The notes: generated by a model from the letters alone, not told the origin. 64,000 bases of DNA from Chlorobiaceae bacterium (GCA_013824245.1 PNNN01000049.1:13202-77201); one strand, 5' to 3'; numbered from the stretch's first letter, positions 20,462 through 30,295 are shown. Translations and numbers: made by a program.

Positions 20462-20610
20462 CAAAACCCCCGCCCGATTTCTCAGGCAGGGCTTACCGCC
20501 GGAGGTGGATACGCCGACAGTGAATATGTAGTTGCCTTTAATAATAATTGGCTTGATATTTAGAGTGTATACAAAGAATATTTTCTATTTGAGTATAAAA
20601 GGAGTCAAAA

Positions 20611-20853
20611 ATGACTTACACCGTTGTTTACGAAAAAATTTCTGATATCTCATTTCCAGACGGCTACTGCTATGCCCATATCCCATCACTTGATCTAACT
20701 ACACATGGTTTAGGTATTGAGGGAGCAAAAGATGCTGCGATTGATTTAGTGAAATTATGGATTGAGGAAAAGAAAGCGCGTGGAGAAAAAATTAAAACCG
20801 AATTGGAATCATTTTATTCAAAAATAGAATTAGAAGATGCCTTATTCGGCTAA
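20611..20853 (+). CDS. hicB: HicB-family (UPF0150) antitoxin
   Basis: 80 aa with a HicB-like N-terminal fold pattern; overlaps the downstream HicA gene by 17 nt. Confidence 0.6.
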   Translation: MTYTVVYEKISDISFPDGYCYAHIPSLDLTTHGLGIEGAKDAAIDLVKLWIEEKKARGEKIKTELESFYSKIELEDALFG

Positions 20854-21043
20854 AGAAGTTCTCCGAATATTACTTCGTGCCGGTTTCGAAGATATAAGGC
20901 AATCCGGCTCACACAAAATATTAAGGCATCCGGATGGGAGACAAACATATGTTTCAATGCACACCAAAGATATTCCAGAAGGAACTTTCTCACATCAAAT
21001 CAAACTCACAATTCATAACTTATCCTTCATCATTCATCTTTAA
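20837..21043 (+). CDS. hicA: HicA-family mRNA interferase toxin
   Basis: [27 protein letters not shown]...KDIPEGT is the HicA signature. The last ~16 codons run into the heptamer tract. Confidence 0.7.
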   Translation: MPYSAKEVLRILLRAGFEDIRQSGSHKILRHPDGRQTYVSMHTKDIPEGTFSHQIKLTIHNLSFIIHL

Positions 21044-21126
21044 TCTTTAATCCTTCCATTTTCATCCTTCTTTGACTTTCCTGTCGTATTTTCCTATATT
21101 TTTTCAATCATTTTCATTAATATATT
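20994..21126. repeat. Drifting heptamer tract (~19 units) between hicA and lpdA
   Basis: ATCAAAT CAAACTC ACAATTC ATAACTT ATCCTTC ATCATTC ATCTTTA ATCTTTA ATCCTTC CATTTTC ATCCTTC ... Confidence 0.7.
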
Positions 21127-21134
21127 TGAAAACA

Positions 21135-22529
21135 ATGCAAGAACGACAATTTGACTTAGTTATTATAGGCAGCGGACCGGGCGGATATGTTGCCGCTATC
21201 AGAGCATCTCAGTTGGGATTAAAGACAGCGGTTGTTGAGCGTGATAAAATTGGGGGGGTGTGTCTTAATTGGGGATGCATACCGACTAAAGCACTTTTGA
21301 AAAGTGCCGAAATATATCATCACTTTCATCGAGCAGAAGAGTTTGGTATATCCGCTAAAGATGTTTCATTTGATTTCCCCAAAATAATAAAACGAAGCAG
21401 GGATGTTGCGCTTAGGAATTCTAAAGGTGTTGAATATCTTTTTAAGAAAAATAAAATAGAATTGATTTCCGGTTCAGGTAAAATTGTTGGCAAAGGAAAG
21501 GTTGAAGTCAGCAAAGGCGATAATAGCGTTGAAACTGTTTCGGCAAAAAATATTATTATTGCAACAGGTGCGCGACCAAGATCATTCCCCAACATGAAAA
21601 TCGATGGCAAGCAGGTAATTTCAAGTACGGAAGCGATGCTTTTACAACAGCCGCCGAAGTCGATGATTATTATCGGTGCCGGTGCTATAGGTGTTGAGTT
21701 CGGATATTTCTATAATGCGTTCAGCACGAAGGTAACAATAGTTGAAATGATGCCGAATGTTTTACCGATTGAGGATAAAGAGATTTCAAAACTCCTTGAA
21801 AGTAATTTGAAAAAATCGGGAATCGAAATTTTGACTGAAAGCAAAGTGGAAAGTGTCACAACCGGCAAAGAAGCGAAAGTAGTATTAACCGCAAAGGGTG
21901 CAAAGAAAGAATTAACTGCTGATATTGTACTTGTTGCTATCGGCGTGCAAGGGAATACTGAAAACATAGGACTCGAATCTGCTGGAGTTAAAGTTGAGAA
22001 GGGCTGGATTAAGGTAGATGATTTCGGAAAGACTAGTGTCGATGGTATCTATGCAATAGGTGATGTAGCAGGTCCGCCGTGGCTCGCACATGTTGCATCG
22101 AAAGAAGGAATTATTTGCGTTGAAAAGATTGCGGGTAAAAATCCACAGCCGATAGATTGGGATAATATACCCGGATGTACATATTGTCAGCCGCAAGTAG
22201 CGAGCATCGGATTGACAGAAGAAAAGGCGATTGAGTTGGGACATAAACTGAAGATTGGAAGGTTTCCATTCACTGCCAGTGGCAAAGCACGCGCAATTGG
22301 TGAGACAGATGGTCTTGTTAAATTAATCTTCGATGAAAAGTATGGTGAGTTGCTTGGTGCGCACATTCTCGGCTCTGATGCGACAGAGATGATAGCTGAA
22401 CTCGGGCTTGCGAAAGCTTTGGAGACGACACCGGCAGGAATTGCAAATACAATACATGCTCATCCAACTCTCTCAGAAGCAATTATGGAAGCGGCTGAAA
22501 ATGCAGATGGTCATGCGGTTCATATTTAA
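21135..22529 (+). CDS. lpdA: Dihydrolipoyl dehydrogenase (E3)
   Basis: GSGPGGY FAD motif, the redox-active CLNWGCIPTK disulfide and a C-terminal HAHPTLSE motif. Start at MQERQFD (21135). Confidence 0.93.
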   Translation: MQERQFDLVIIGSGPGGYVAAIRASQLGLKTAVVERDKIGGVCLNWGCIPTKALLKSAEIYHHFHRAEEFGISAKDVSFDFPKIIKRSRDVALRNSKGVEYLFKKNKIELISGSGKIVGKGKVEVSKGDNSVETVSAKNIIIATGARPRSFPNMKIDGKQVISSTEAMLLQQPPKSMIIIGAGAIGVEFGYFYNAFSTKVTIVEMMPNVLPIEDKEISKLLESNLKKSGIEILTESKVESVTTGKEAKVVLTAKGAKKELTADIVLVAIGVQGNTENIGLESAGVKVEKGWIKVDDFGKTSVDGIYAIGDVAGPPWLAHVASKEGIICVEKIAGKNPQPIDWDNIPGCTYCQPQVASIGLTEEKAIELGHKLKIGRFPFTASGKARAIGETDGLVKLIFDEKYGELLGAHILGSDATEMIAELGLAKALETTPAGIANTIHAHPTLSEAIMEAAENADGHAVHI

Positions 22530-22530
22530 G

Positions 22531-22642
22531 TTGGTGAGTAGTGAGTAGTTAAGTAGTTGAGTAAATAAGTGCTAAGAGCAAAGAGTACTGTTTACGAAGT
22601 ACGAAGAATCAATGACTAATGACGATTGACAAATGACAAATT
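22531..22642. repeat. Drifting heptamer tract (16 units) after lpdA
   Basis: TTGGTGA GTAGTGA GTAGTTA AGTAGTT GAGTAAA TAAGTGC TAAGAGC AAAGAGT ACTGTTT ACGAAGT ACGAAGA ATCAATG ACTAATG ACGATTG ACAAATG ACAAATT. Confidence 0.75.
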
Positions 22643-22664
22643 ATTATAATGGAAGGAAGTCAAG

Positions 22665-22889
22665 ATGAAAGATGAAAGTAGTAACGTATCGAACGAAACT
22701 CTCGCTATAGAAGAGTTGTACATTCAGCTTCGCGCGATGAAGAAAGTACTGGAAGAAAAAGGATTAATGATGGAAGATGATTTCCGCGTTGCATACGCTC
22801 GTGAGTTGGTTGTAAGTCCGGGTGCGGCGGCTGGAACTAAAATTACAGATTATTTATCTGACCATCGGAAAAAATTCCTGCGTTCATGA
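22665..22889 (+). CDS. Hypothetical 74-aa protein, translationally coupled to lipB
   Basis: GGAAGGAAG SD-like sequence upstream; the stop overlaps the lipB ATG (ATGA). No family was recognised. Confidence 0.5.
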   Translation: MKDESSNVSNETLAIEELYIQLRAMKKVLEEKGLMMEDDFRVAYARELVVSPGAAAGTKITDYLSDHRKKFLRS

Positions 22890-23599
22890 AAGAACTTCAA
22901 ACCGTAAATCTCGGATTGACAGCATATCTACCGACGTGGGAATTACAGCAAAAGATTTTCAATCTTCGAGTTGGTAAAGTAATTACAGATGTTCTCTTGC
23001 TTACGGAACATCAGCACGTTTACACTCTCGGCAAAAGCACCGATGAATCGCATTTGCTTGCAGGAGAAACGGAATTAAAAGCGACAGGTGCGGATGTCTA
23101 TCATATTGATAGGGGCGGTGATATTACGTATCATGGTCCGGGTCAACTTGTCGGATATCCGATTCTCGATCTGAATAATTATTATCTCGACACGCATCGT
23201 TATCTTCGCGATCTTGAGGAAGTTTTGATTAGAACCTTAAAAGATTTCGATATTAACGGACGTAGTGAAGAAAATTACACCGGTGTTTGGGTTGGCAGTG
23301 ATAAAATTGCCGCCATCGGTGTAAAGGTAAGCAGGTGGGTAACAATGCACGGTTTTGCACTGAATGTTAATACGAATCTTTCATATTTTGACCGCATCAT
23401 ACCTTGTGGAATTTTTCATAAAGGTGTTACTTCAATGGAACGAATTCTCGGGAACAAGGTCAACATCCAAGATGTTATAGAATCGGTATCATTAAGATTT
23501 GGTGAAGTTTTTGGGATTCATGCCATAACTATTGAAAAAGATGAATTCCTTTCAGCAATCAATAATTTATCTAATGAAAAAATAGAATGTCTTCAATGA
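22886..23599 (+). CDS. lipB: Octanoyltransferase (lipoyl(octanoyl) transferase)
   Basis: RGGDITYHGPGQLVGYPI motif. Confidence 0.9.
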   Translation: MKELQTVNLGLTAYLPTWELQQKIFNLRVGKVITDVLLLTEHQHVYTLGKSTDESHLLAGETELKATGADVYHIDRGGDITYHGPGQLVGYPILDLNNYYLDTHRYLRDLEEVLIRTLKDFDINGRSEENYTGVWVGSDKIAAIGVKVSRWVTMHGFALNVNTNLSYFDRIIPCGIFHKGVTSMERILGNKVNIQDVIESVSLRFGEVFGIHAITIEKDEFLSAINNLSNEKIECLQ

Positions 23600-25641
23600 A
23601 GAGATCGAACGATTTAAAAGAGAAGAAATCCAATTCAGTTGCTCTTTCAAAAGAACGTCTGTTAGAAGCATATCGGTTGATGTATACCGCGCGGAAAACG
23701 GATGATAAAATATTATTACTCCTTAAACAAGGGAAATTATTTTTCCATATTGGCGGATCGGGGCACGAAGCGATACAAGTTGCGACTGCCTTCGTGATGA
23801 ATAAAGGTGAAGATTGGTCGTATCCATATTACCGCGATCTTGCTTACGTTCTCTCAATGGGTTATTGTGTAAAAGAAATAATTGCCGAGGCAATGCATCG
23901 CGCAAGCGGACCGAGCAGCGGTGGTTTTGTAATGCCGTTCAACTACGGACATAAGAAATTGAGAATTCCTTCACAATCAAGCCCTACCGGTACACAATTT
24001 CTGCAAGCAGTCGGGACAGCTTTAGCACAGGTCAAAGATGGCACGAACGATATTGTTTATGTTTCTTCTGGTGAAGGAACAACCAGCCAAGGTGAATTTC
24101 ATGAAGCAGTCAACTGGGCATCGCGGGAAAAACTTCCGGTCATTTTTGTTATTCAGGATAATAAATATGCAATTTCTGTAACAAAGAAAGAACAGACAGC
24201 AGGCGAATCGATTTACGAAGTTGTTCAGGGATATCACGGACTGAGCCGATATGAAGTAGATGGATGCGACTTCATAGAATCGTACGGAATTGCGTCTGAA
24301 GCGGCTGAACGCGCGCGAAGCGGCAAAGGACCAAGTCTGATACTCGCGCACACTGTGCGGTTGCTGCCTCATTCATCTTCCGATGATCAAAGAAAATATC
24401 GGAGTGAAGATGATCTTACACGCGACAGAGCGAAAGATCCGATTCCGAATTTTGAGAAATATCTTCTCTCAAATAAATTTGCAAACGAAGATGATATTAA
24501 AAAGATTCAAACAGAAGTTCAAAATCAAATCGAACAAGCGGTTGATGAAGTTGAAACGGAACCACAGCAGGATCCTGCTAATTTAATGAAGTATGTTTAT
24601 TCTCCAAAGACTATTGTACCTGTTGAAGGATTTAAGGAGCCGGAACACAAAGGCGAAAAGATTGTCATGGTCGATGCCATCAACCATGCAATGGCAGAGG
24701 AGATTGAACGCAATCCAAAAATTCTGGTTTATGGTGAAGATGTCGGCGGTGATAAAGGTGGCGTATTCACGGCTACGAAAGGTTTAACGAAGAAATTCGG
24801 CTGGGGGCGTGTATTTAATTCACCTCTCGCCGAAGCAAGTATAATCGGGACTGCTGTTGGATTATCAGTTGCCGGTTACAAGCCGGTTGTTGAAATACAA
24901 TTTGGCGATTACATCTGGACTGCTTTTATGCAGTTGCGTGATGAAGTTGCGATGATGCGTTTTCGTTCCAACAACGAATGGACAAATCCAATGGTTGTCC
25001 GAGTTGCGGTTGGTGGTTACATTCATGGCGGATTATATCATAGTCAGTCGATTGATGGATTCTTTACACATATTCCCGGTCTTCGAGTTGTTATACCATC
25101 CAATGCCGCAGATGCGAAAGGATTGTTAAAGACCGCGTGCCGTTCCGACGATCCTGTTATGTTCCTTGAACACAAAGGATTATACCGGGCAAGTTTCGCC
25201 GCTTCACTTGAGCCGGATGAAAATTATCTTGTTCCATTTGGAGTAGCGAAAACTGTCCGCGCTGGTGATGATATAACTGTAATTACTTGGGGAATGATGG
25301 TGCAACGTTCACTCGAAGCTGCGCGAAAATTAGAAGAGAGTGGTGTAAGTGTTGAGGTGATAGATCTCCGGACACTTAATCCACTTGATAAAGATGCGAT
25401 ACTTAACTCAGTTCGTAAGACTGGAAAAGTTTTAATCGTTCATGAAGATACATTGACGGGTGGATTCGGCGCTGAGATAGCAGCTATCATTGCGAATGAA
25501 GCATTCACACGACTTGATGCTCCGGTCAAGAGAGTTGCCGCAAAAGATTGTCCTATTCCATACGGACCGACACTTGAGAATGCAATGCTTCCACAAACTG
25601 CTGATATAGTTTTTGCGCTTCAAGAGTTATCAAATTTTTAA
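23587..25641 (+). CDS. 2-oxoacid dehydrogenase E1 component, fused alpha/beta subunits
   Basis: 684 aa: a TPP-binding alpha half followed by a transketolase-like beta half (PLAEASIIGTAVG...). Confidence 0.88.
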   Translation: MSSMKRSNDLKEKKSNSVALSKERLLEAYRLMYTARKTDDKILLLLKQGKLFFHIGGSGHEAIQVATAFVMNKGEDWSYPYYRDLAYVLSMGYCVKEIIAEAMHRASGPSSGGFVMPFNYGHKKLRIPSQSSPTGTQFLQAVGTALAQVKDGTNDIVYVSSGEGTTSQGEFHEAVNWASREKLPVIFVIQDNKYAISVTKKEQTAGESIYEVVQGYHGLSRYEVDGCDFIESYGIASEAAERARSGKGPSLILAHTVRLLPHSSSDDQRKYRSEDDLTRDRAKDPIPNFEKYLLSNKFANEDDIKKIQTEVQNQIEQAVDEVETEPQQDPANLMKYVYSPKTIVPVEGFKEPEHKGEKIVMVDAINHAMAEEIERNPKILVYGEDVGGDKGGVFTATKGLTKKFGWGRVFNSPLAEASIIGTAVGLSVAGYKPVVEIQFGDYIWTAFMQLRDEVAMMRFRSNNEWTNPMVVRVAVGGYIHGGLYHSQSIDGFFTHIPGLRVVIPSNAADAKGLLKTACRSDDPVMFLEHKGLYRASFAASLEPDENYLVPFGVAKTVRAGDDITVITWGMMVQRSLEAARKLEESGVSVEVIDLRTLNPLDKDAILNSVRKTGKVLIVHEDTLTGGFGAEIAAIIANEAFTRLDAPVKRVAAKDCPIPYGPTLENAMLPQTADIVFALQELSNF

Positions 25642-25665
25642 ATTGAATATTAGAAGAGAGGTTAT

Positions 25666-26976
25666 ATGTCAAAAGTTGAAGTTGTAATGCCGCAGCTTGG
25701 TGAAAGTCTCACCGAAGGTACAATCGTTAAATGGCACAAAAAGCCAGGCGATAAAATCAAAAAAGATGAAACACTTCTTGAGATCAGTACTGACAAAGTC
25801 GATTCTGAAATCCCATCGCCTGCATCAGGTGTAATCACAAAAATATTATTTGAAGAACAAAAAACAGTGGAAGTTCGCACTGTGATTGCTGAGATCGAAA
25901 CAGACGCTTTGGCAGTATCTATTGAAGCTCCATCAAAATCTCCTGATGTACCAAAAGCTGCGCCTCTAAAAGAAGCAATTCAAATTCCATCTGCTCAAAC
26001 TCCAGTTAGCGAGAAACCAATCGGTGGAAGATTTTATTCCCCTCTCGTTCTCAGCATCGCACGTGAAGAAGGTATTTCGATGGGAGAACTTGAGCAACTA
26101 TCCGGTACTGGAGAGGGAGGGCGTGTAACAAAGAAAGATATTCTTGCTTATGTGACTACCAGACAAACGAGTAAACCTACAAAAGAAACGATCCAGCCAG
26201 CGGCACCATCTCCGGTTGGTCATCTTGAAACCACTTTAAAGCATATAGAGTCGGGAGATTTGGCTCAGAAATATCCCTCACCTCAATATGAAATTTTGCA
26301 GATGAGTAACGTCATTGCGAAGATGGCGGAACATATGGTAAAAAGCGTAAACACATCACCACATGTTTGGGCGGTGCATGAATGCGATATGACGAATGTT
26401 GATAAGGCGAGAAGAAAGAATGCCGAGTCGTTTGAAAAACGTGAAGGATTCAAATTAACTTACACGCCATTCGTTTGCGATGCGGTTATTAAGGCATTGA
26501 AACAATTCCCGCTTGTCAACGCATCGGTTGATGGCGATAAGATTATACTGAAGAAGTTTGTCAACCTTGGAATTGCAGTCGCGGCTGAAAACGGTTTGAT
26601 TGTTCCGGTCATTAAAAATGCTGATGAGAAAAATTTCGTTGGACTTGCGCGTTCGCTCAATGACCTTGCGTCCAGAGCACGCATCAAACGACTTGTACCG
26701 TCAGAGATCGAAGGAGGTACATTCACAATAACGAACTTCGGTGTGTTCAATACTTTAATTGGAATACCGATTATCAATCAGCCGCAGGTTGCAATACTCG
26801 GCACTGGTGCAGTAAAGAAACGACCGGTTGTTATCAATGATGCAATTGCCATACGATCAATTGCGCATCTAACTCTTGCATTCGATCATCGAATTGTCGA
26901 TGGTGCGTTAGGGGGAACGTTTCTGGAAACAGTTTGTAAGTTGCTGGAAAACTACGATTCTGAGAAAGTACTGTAA
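25666..26976 (+). CDS. Dihydrolipoamide acyltransferase (E2)
   Basis: N-terminal lipoyl domain (EISTDKV), peripheral subunit-binding domain and the catalytic DHRIVDG motif. Confidence 0.92.
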   Translation: MSKVEVVMPQLGESLTEGTIVKWHKKPGDKIKKDETLLEISTDKVDSEIPSPASGVITKILFEEQKTVEVRTVIAEIETDALAVSIEAPSKSPDVPKAAPLKEAIQIPSAQTPVSEKPIGGRFYSPLVLSIAREEGISMGELEQLSGTGEGGRVTKKDILAYVTTRQTSKPTKETIQPAAPSPVGHLETTLKHIESGDLAQKYPSPQYEILQMSNVIAKMAEHMVKSVNTSPHVWAVHECDMTNVDKARRKNAESFEKREGFKLTYTPFVCDAVIKALKQFPLVNASVDGDKIILKKFVNLGIAVAAENGLIVPVIKNADEKNFVGLARSLNDLASRARIKRLVPSEIEGGTFTITNFGVFNTLIGIPIINQPQVAILGTGAVKKRPVVINDAIAIRSIAHLTLAFDHRIVDGALGGTFLETVCKLLENYDSEKVL

Positions 26977-26993
26977 ACTCTCAACCCCTCCCG

Positions 26994-27028
26994 TCCTCCC
27001 CTTCTCCCAATTTGGGAGAAGGGGAGGA
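26994..27028 (+). terminator. Perfect 15-bp GC-rich hairpin after E2 (possible terminator; no T-tract)
   Basis: TCCTCCCCTTCTCCC-AATTT-GGGAGAAGGGGAGGA. Confidence 0.45.
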
Positions 27029-27065
27029 GTAGAGGTGGGGTAGAGGGTACTATCGAAACTAAAAT

Positions 27066-27929
27066 ATGAGACTTGATTTAGAAGAAAATAAGCCGTTGCG
27101 TCGGCCTGAGTGGTTGAAGGCAAAGATACCATCGGGCGAAACGTATGCTCATCTGAAGAGATTGATCGACGGTAAAAATCTTCACACGGTTTGCGAAGAG
27201 GCAAGATGCCCGAATCTGGGTGAATGCTGGAACCACGGCACAGCGACGTTCATGATTCTTGGAGATGTATGTACGCGAAGTTGCGGATTTTGCGCGGTGA
27301 AAACAGGCAAACCAACAGAGCTTAATGCTCAAGAACCATTTCGCGTTGCTGAGGCGGTTAAGACGATGGGTGTTCGCCATGCTGTTATTACTTCAGTTAA
27401 CCGTGATGAATTGTTCGATGGCGGTGCGCAGATATTTGCCGAAACTATCAAACAAATTCGGGCAATAACTCCTGATACAAAAGTGGAAGTGCTTATCCCC
27501 GACTTCAAAGGAGATGAATTTGCGTTGGTTATCGTTCTCGATGCATTCCCTGATATTTTGAATCACAATGTTGAAACCGTTCCACGTTTATATCTTACAG
27601 TCCGTCCTCAGGCAAACTATGAAAGATCGATTGAAGTTTTGAACCGAGCCAAGAAGCGCGGCTTCATTATTAAAACTGGTTTGATGGTCGGCATCGGAGA
27701 GACAACCGATGAAGTAATAGAAGTGATGAAAGATTTACGTAAGATCAACTGCGACATACTAACCCTTGGTCAATATCTACAGCCGACAAAAGAACATCTT
27801 GCAATCGACCGATTCGTTCATCCTGATGAATTCAAAATGTTAAAGGAATCAGGATTGCAGATGGGTTTCAGGCATGTAGAGTCGGGACCATTAGTGCGAA
27901 GCTCGTATCATGCGGAGGGACAGGTTTAA
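27066..27929 (+). CDS. lipA: Lipoyl synthase
   Basis: [12 protein letters not shown] and CTRSCGFC cluster motifs. Confidence 0.95.
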   Translation: MRLDLEENKPLRRPEWLKAKIPSGETYAHLKRLIDGKNLHTVCEEARCPNLGECWNHGTATFMILGDVCTRSCGFCAVKTGKPTELNAQEPFRVAEAVKTMGVRHAVITSVNRDELFDGGAQIFAETIKQIRAITPDTKVEVLIPDFKGDEFALVIVLDAFPDILNHNVETVPRLYLTVRPQANYERSIEVLNRAKKRGFIIKTGLMVGIGETTDEVIEVMKDLRKINCDILTLGQYLQPTKEHLAIDRFVHPDEFKMLKESGLQMGFRHVESGPLVRSSYHAEGQV

Positions 27930-28001
27930 ATTAAATTTTATCCACAAAATAGTTACTTCAATCTCAGCATCCACTATCAATAATCAAAGAGGATTTACAC
28001 A

Positions 28002-30098
28002 ATGCGTAAGCTCTGTTATTACCTCGTATTTATCTCGTTAATATTCTGGAATTTTTTAATGGCTCAAAACGATTCAAACCCATTTTTCAAAGAATGGAAG
28101 ACACCGTTTCAAACTCCGCCGTTCGATGAAATAAAACTCGAACATTATCTTCCCGCATTCGAAGAGGGAATGAAAGTACAAAAAATCGCAATCGATTCTA
28201 TTCTGAACAGCACTGACAATCCAACTTTCGAAAATACAATTGAAGCTATGGAGATCAGCAGTGAATTTCTCGATCGTGTTGATAATGTATTTTTTGCACT
28301 TAACTCTTCTATCACTAACGATCAGATGCAAAACATCGCCCGCAAAATAACTCCAATATTAACAAAACACAACGATGACATCAACCTAAATCTTAAATTA
28401 TTCGAGCGCGTGAAGAAGATTTACAATAAACGTTCATCGCTCAAATTATCATCCGAGCAAAAAACAGTTTTAGAAAATTATTATATCGGATTTGTACGCG
28501 GCGGCGCAAACCTTGATGAATCGGCGAAAGATAAGTTGCGGAAATTAAACGAGGAGTTAAGCATGCTTACTTTGAAATTCGGCGAGAATATGCTCAAAGA
28601 GACAAACGCGGTTGGATTAACCGCTGATAATGAAGATGAGCTTGCCGGACTTCCGCCCGATGTTGTAAAAGCGGCAACCGAAATGGCGCGATCGAAAGAT
28701 ATACAAGAAAATTTTGCTTTCACGCTTCAAAAGCCGAGCTTCATCCCGTTTCTTCAATATGCTGAGCGTCGTGATTTGCGCGAGAGACTTTTCAAAGCGT
28801 ACATAAATCGATGCAACAACAACAATGAATTCGACAATAAAAAAATATTATCACAAATCGTGTCGTTGCGGGTGAAAAAGGCGAATCTTCTCGGTTATAA
28901 AACCCATGCCGATTTTGTGCTTGAACGAAATATGTCGAAGAAACCTGAAAACGTTTATAAATTCTTAAAAGAGATTTGGACACCTGCGGTCAAAAGAGCC
29001 ACGAACGAAGCCGCAGATATGCAAGCAATAATTGAAAGGGAAGGAAAAGATTTCAAACTTGAACCATGGGATTGGTCCTTTTATGCTGAAAAACTAAAGA
29101 AAGAAAAGTACAGTTTGGATGAGGAAATGATTCGTCCATATTTTAAAATGGAAAATGTGCGTCAGGGTGTTTTTGATGTTGCATCAAAATTGTACGGTAT
29201 ACAATTCATTGAGCGAAAAGATATTCCTGTTTATCATCCCGATGTGAAAGTGTTTGAAGTGAAAGAAGCCGACGGAAAACATCTCGGCATATTCTATTCC
29301 GATTATTATCCGCGAGATGGCAAACGGAGCGGCGCATGGTCAAGCACATTCCGCGGTCAATCTAATATGAAAGGGAAGTTTGTTACTCCTCTGGTATTTA
29401 ACGTGGGAAATTTTGCGAAACCAACAGCCGATAAACCTTCGCTGATGAGTTTGGATGAAGTGAATACATTATTCCACGAGTTCGGGCACGCTTTGCACAG
29501 TCTATTTGCAAATACAAATTATCCCAGTGCGCAATGGGTGCCTCGCGATTTTGTCGAGTTGCCTTCGCAGATTATGGAAAACTGGGCGACCGAACCGCAG
29601 GTGCTGAAGATGTACGCTAAACATTATGAAACCGGCAAACCGATGCCGCAGGAACTAATGGACAAACTACTAAACGCTAGCTTGTTTAATCAAGGATTCG
29701 AGACTGTAGAATATATTGCGGCATCGATTCTCGATATGGATTGGCATACATTAACCGATACAGCACAACGCGATGTACCGACATTTGAAAAACAATCTCT
29801 GACAAACATCGGTTTGATACCACAGATTGAATCGCGATATCAGAGTACAAACTTCCAGCATATATTTGCGGGCGGATATTCGGCGGGATATTACAGTTAC
29901 CTTTGGGCTGCTGTGCTTGATGCAGATGCCTTCAATGCGATAACAGAAAAGGATTTATTCGATCAAAAAATGGCGGCATCTTTCAGGAAGAATGTTTTAT
30001 CGGGTGGCGCGGCTGGAGATGCCATGGAAGCATACAAACGTTTCCGAGGTAGTGAACCGAAGATAGACGCGTTGTTGAAGAAGCGCGGATTGAATTAG
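28002..30098 (+). CDS. dcp: M3-family peptidyl-dipeptidase
   Basis: Signal peptide, an HEFGHALH zinc motif, ~700 aa. Confidence 0.85.
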   Translation: MRKLCYYLVFISLIFWNFLMAQNDSNPFFKEWKTPFQTPPFDEIKLEHYLPAFEEGMKVQKIAIDSILNSTDNPTFENTIEAMEISSEFLDRVDNVFFALNSSITNDQMQNIARKITPILTKHNDDINLNLKLFERVKKIYNKRSSLKLSSEQKTVLENYYIGFVRGGANLDESAKDKLRKLNEELSMLTLKFGENMLKETNAVGLTADNEDELAGLPPDVVKAATEMARSKDIQENFAFTLQKPSFIPFLQYAERRDLRERLFKAYINRCNNNNEFDNKKILSQIVSLRVKKANLLGYKTHADFVLERNMSKKPENVYKFLKEIWTPAVKRATNEAADMQAIIEREGKDFKLEPWDWSFYAEKLKKEKYSLDEEMIRPYFKMENVRQGVFDVASKLYGIQFIERKDIPVYHPDVKVFEVKEADGKHLGIFYSDYYPRDGKRSGAWSSTFRGQSNMKGKFVTPLVFNVGNFAKPTADKPSLMSLDEVNTLFHEFGHALHSLFANTNYPSAQWVPRDFVELPSQIMENWATEPQVLKMYAKHYETGKPMPQELMDKLLNASLFNQGFETVEYIAASILDMDWHTLTDTAQRDVPTFEKQSLTNIGLIPQIESRYQSTNFQHIFAGGYSAGYYSYLWAAVLDADAFNAITEKDLFDQKMAASFRKNVLSGGAAGDAMEAYKRFRGSEPKIDALLKKRGLN

Positions 30099-30150
30099 TT
30101 AGCAATATGATAATGATGGGGCTGTTAAATAAATAGGTTTTCTCGTTACA

Positions 30151-30208
30151 TTCCGTCTCACGCGAGACGGAACACTCGAGAACCAACTTAGTTTTGGTGG
30201 TTCTCGAG
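30151..30208. terminator. Two hairpins between the convergent genes dcp and the VOC gene (bidirectional terminator region)
   Basis: TTCCGTCTC-ACGC-GAGACGGAA and CTCGAGAACCAAC-N8-GGTGGTTCTCGAG. Confidence 0.6.
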
Positions 30209-30295
30209 TTCATAGATTCAATCTGGAGTATCGAGAGAACCTTTAACGTAGATTTGTGTATAGAACAAGAATAACTTTAAACTCGACGGCAGGAT

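Noticed and set aside
18941-20610. Search for a tmRNA (ssrA) gene next to smpB
   Set aside because: No GGGG...tRNA-Ala-like 5' end and no T-arm/ACCA 3' end were found, and the free gaps (about 260 and 150 nt) are too short for a tmRNA.
21072-21134. 21-codon N-terminal extension of lpdA
   Set aside because: It translates the heptamer tract. The FAD-binding fold starts right after the Met at 21135.
19810-22642. Heptamer tracts and mini-hairpins as a possible CRISPR array
   Set aside because: The units are 7 nt or 15 nt long. There are no 20-50-nt repeats alternating with unique spacers, and no cas genes are in the window.
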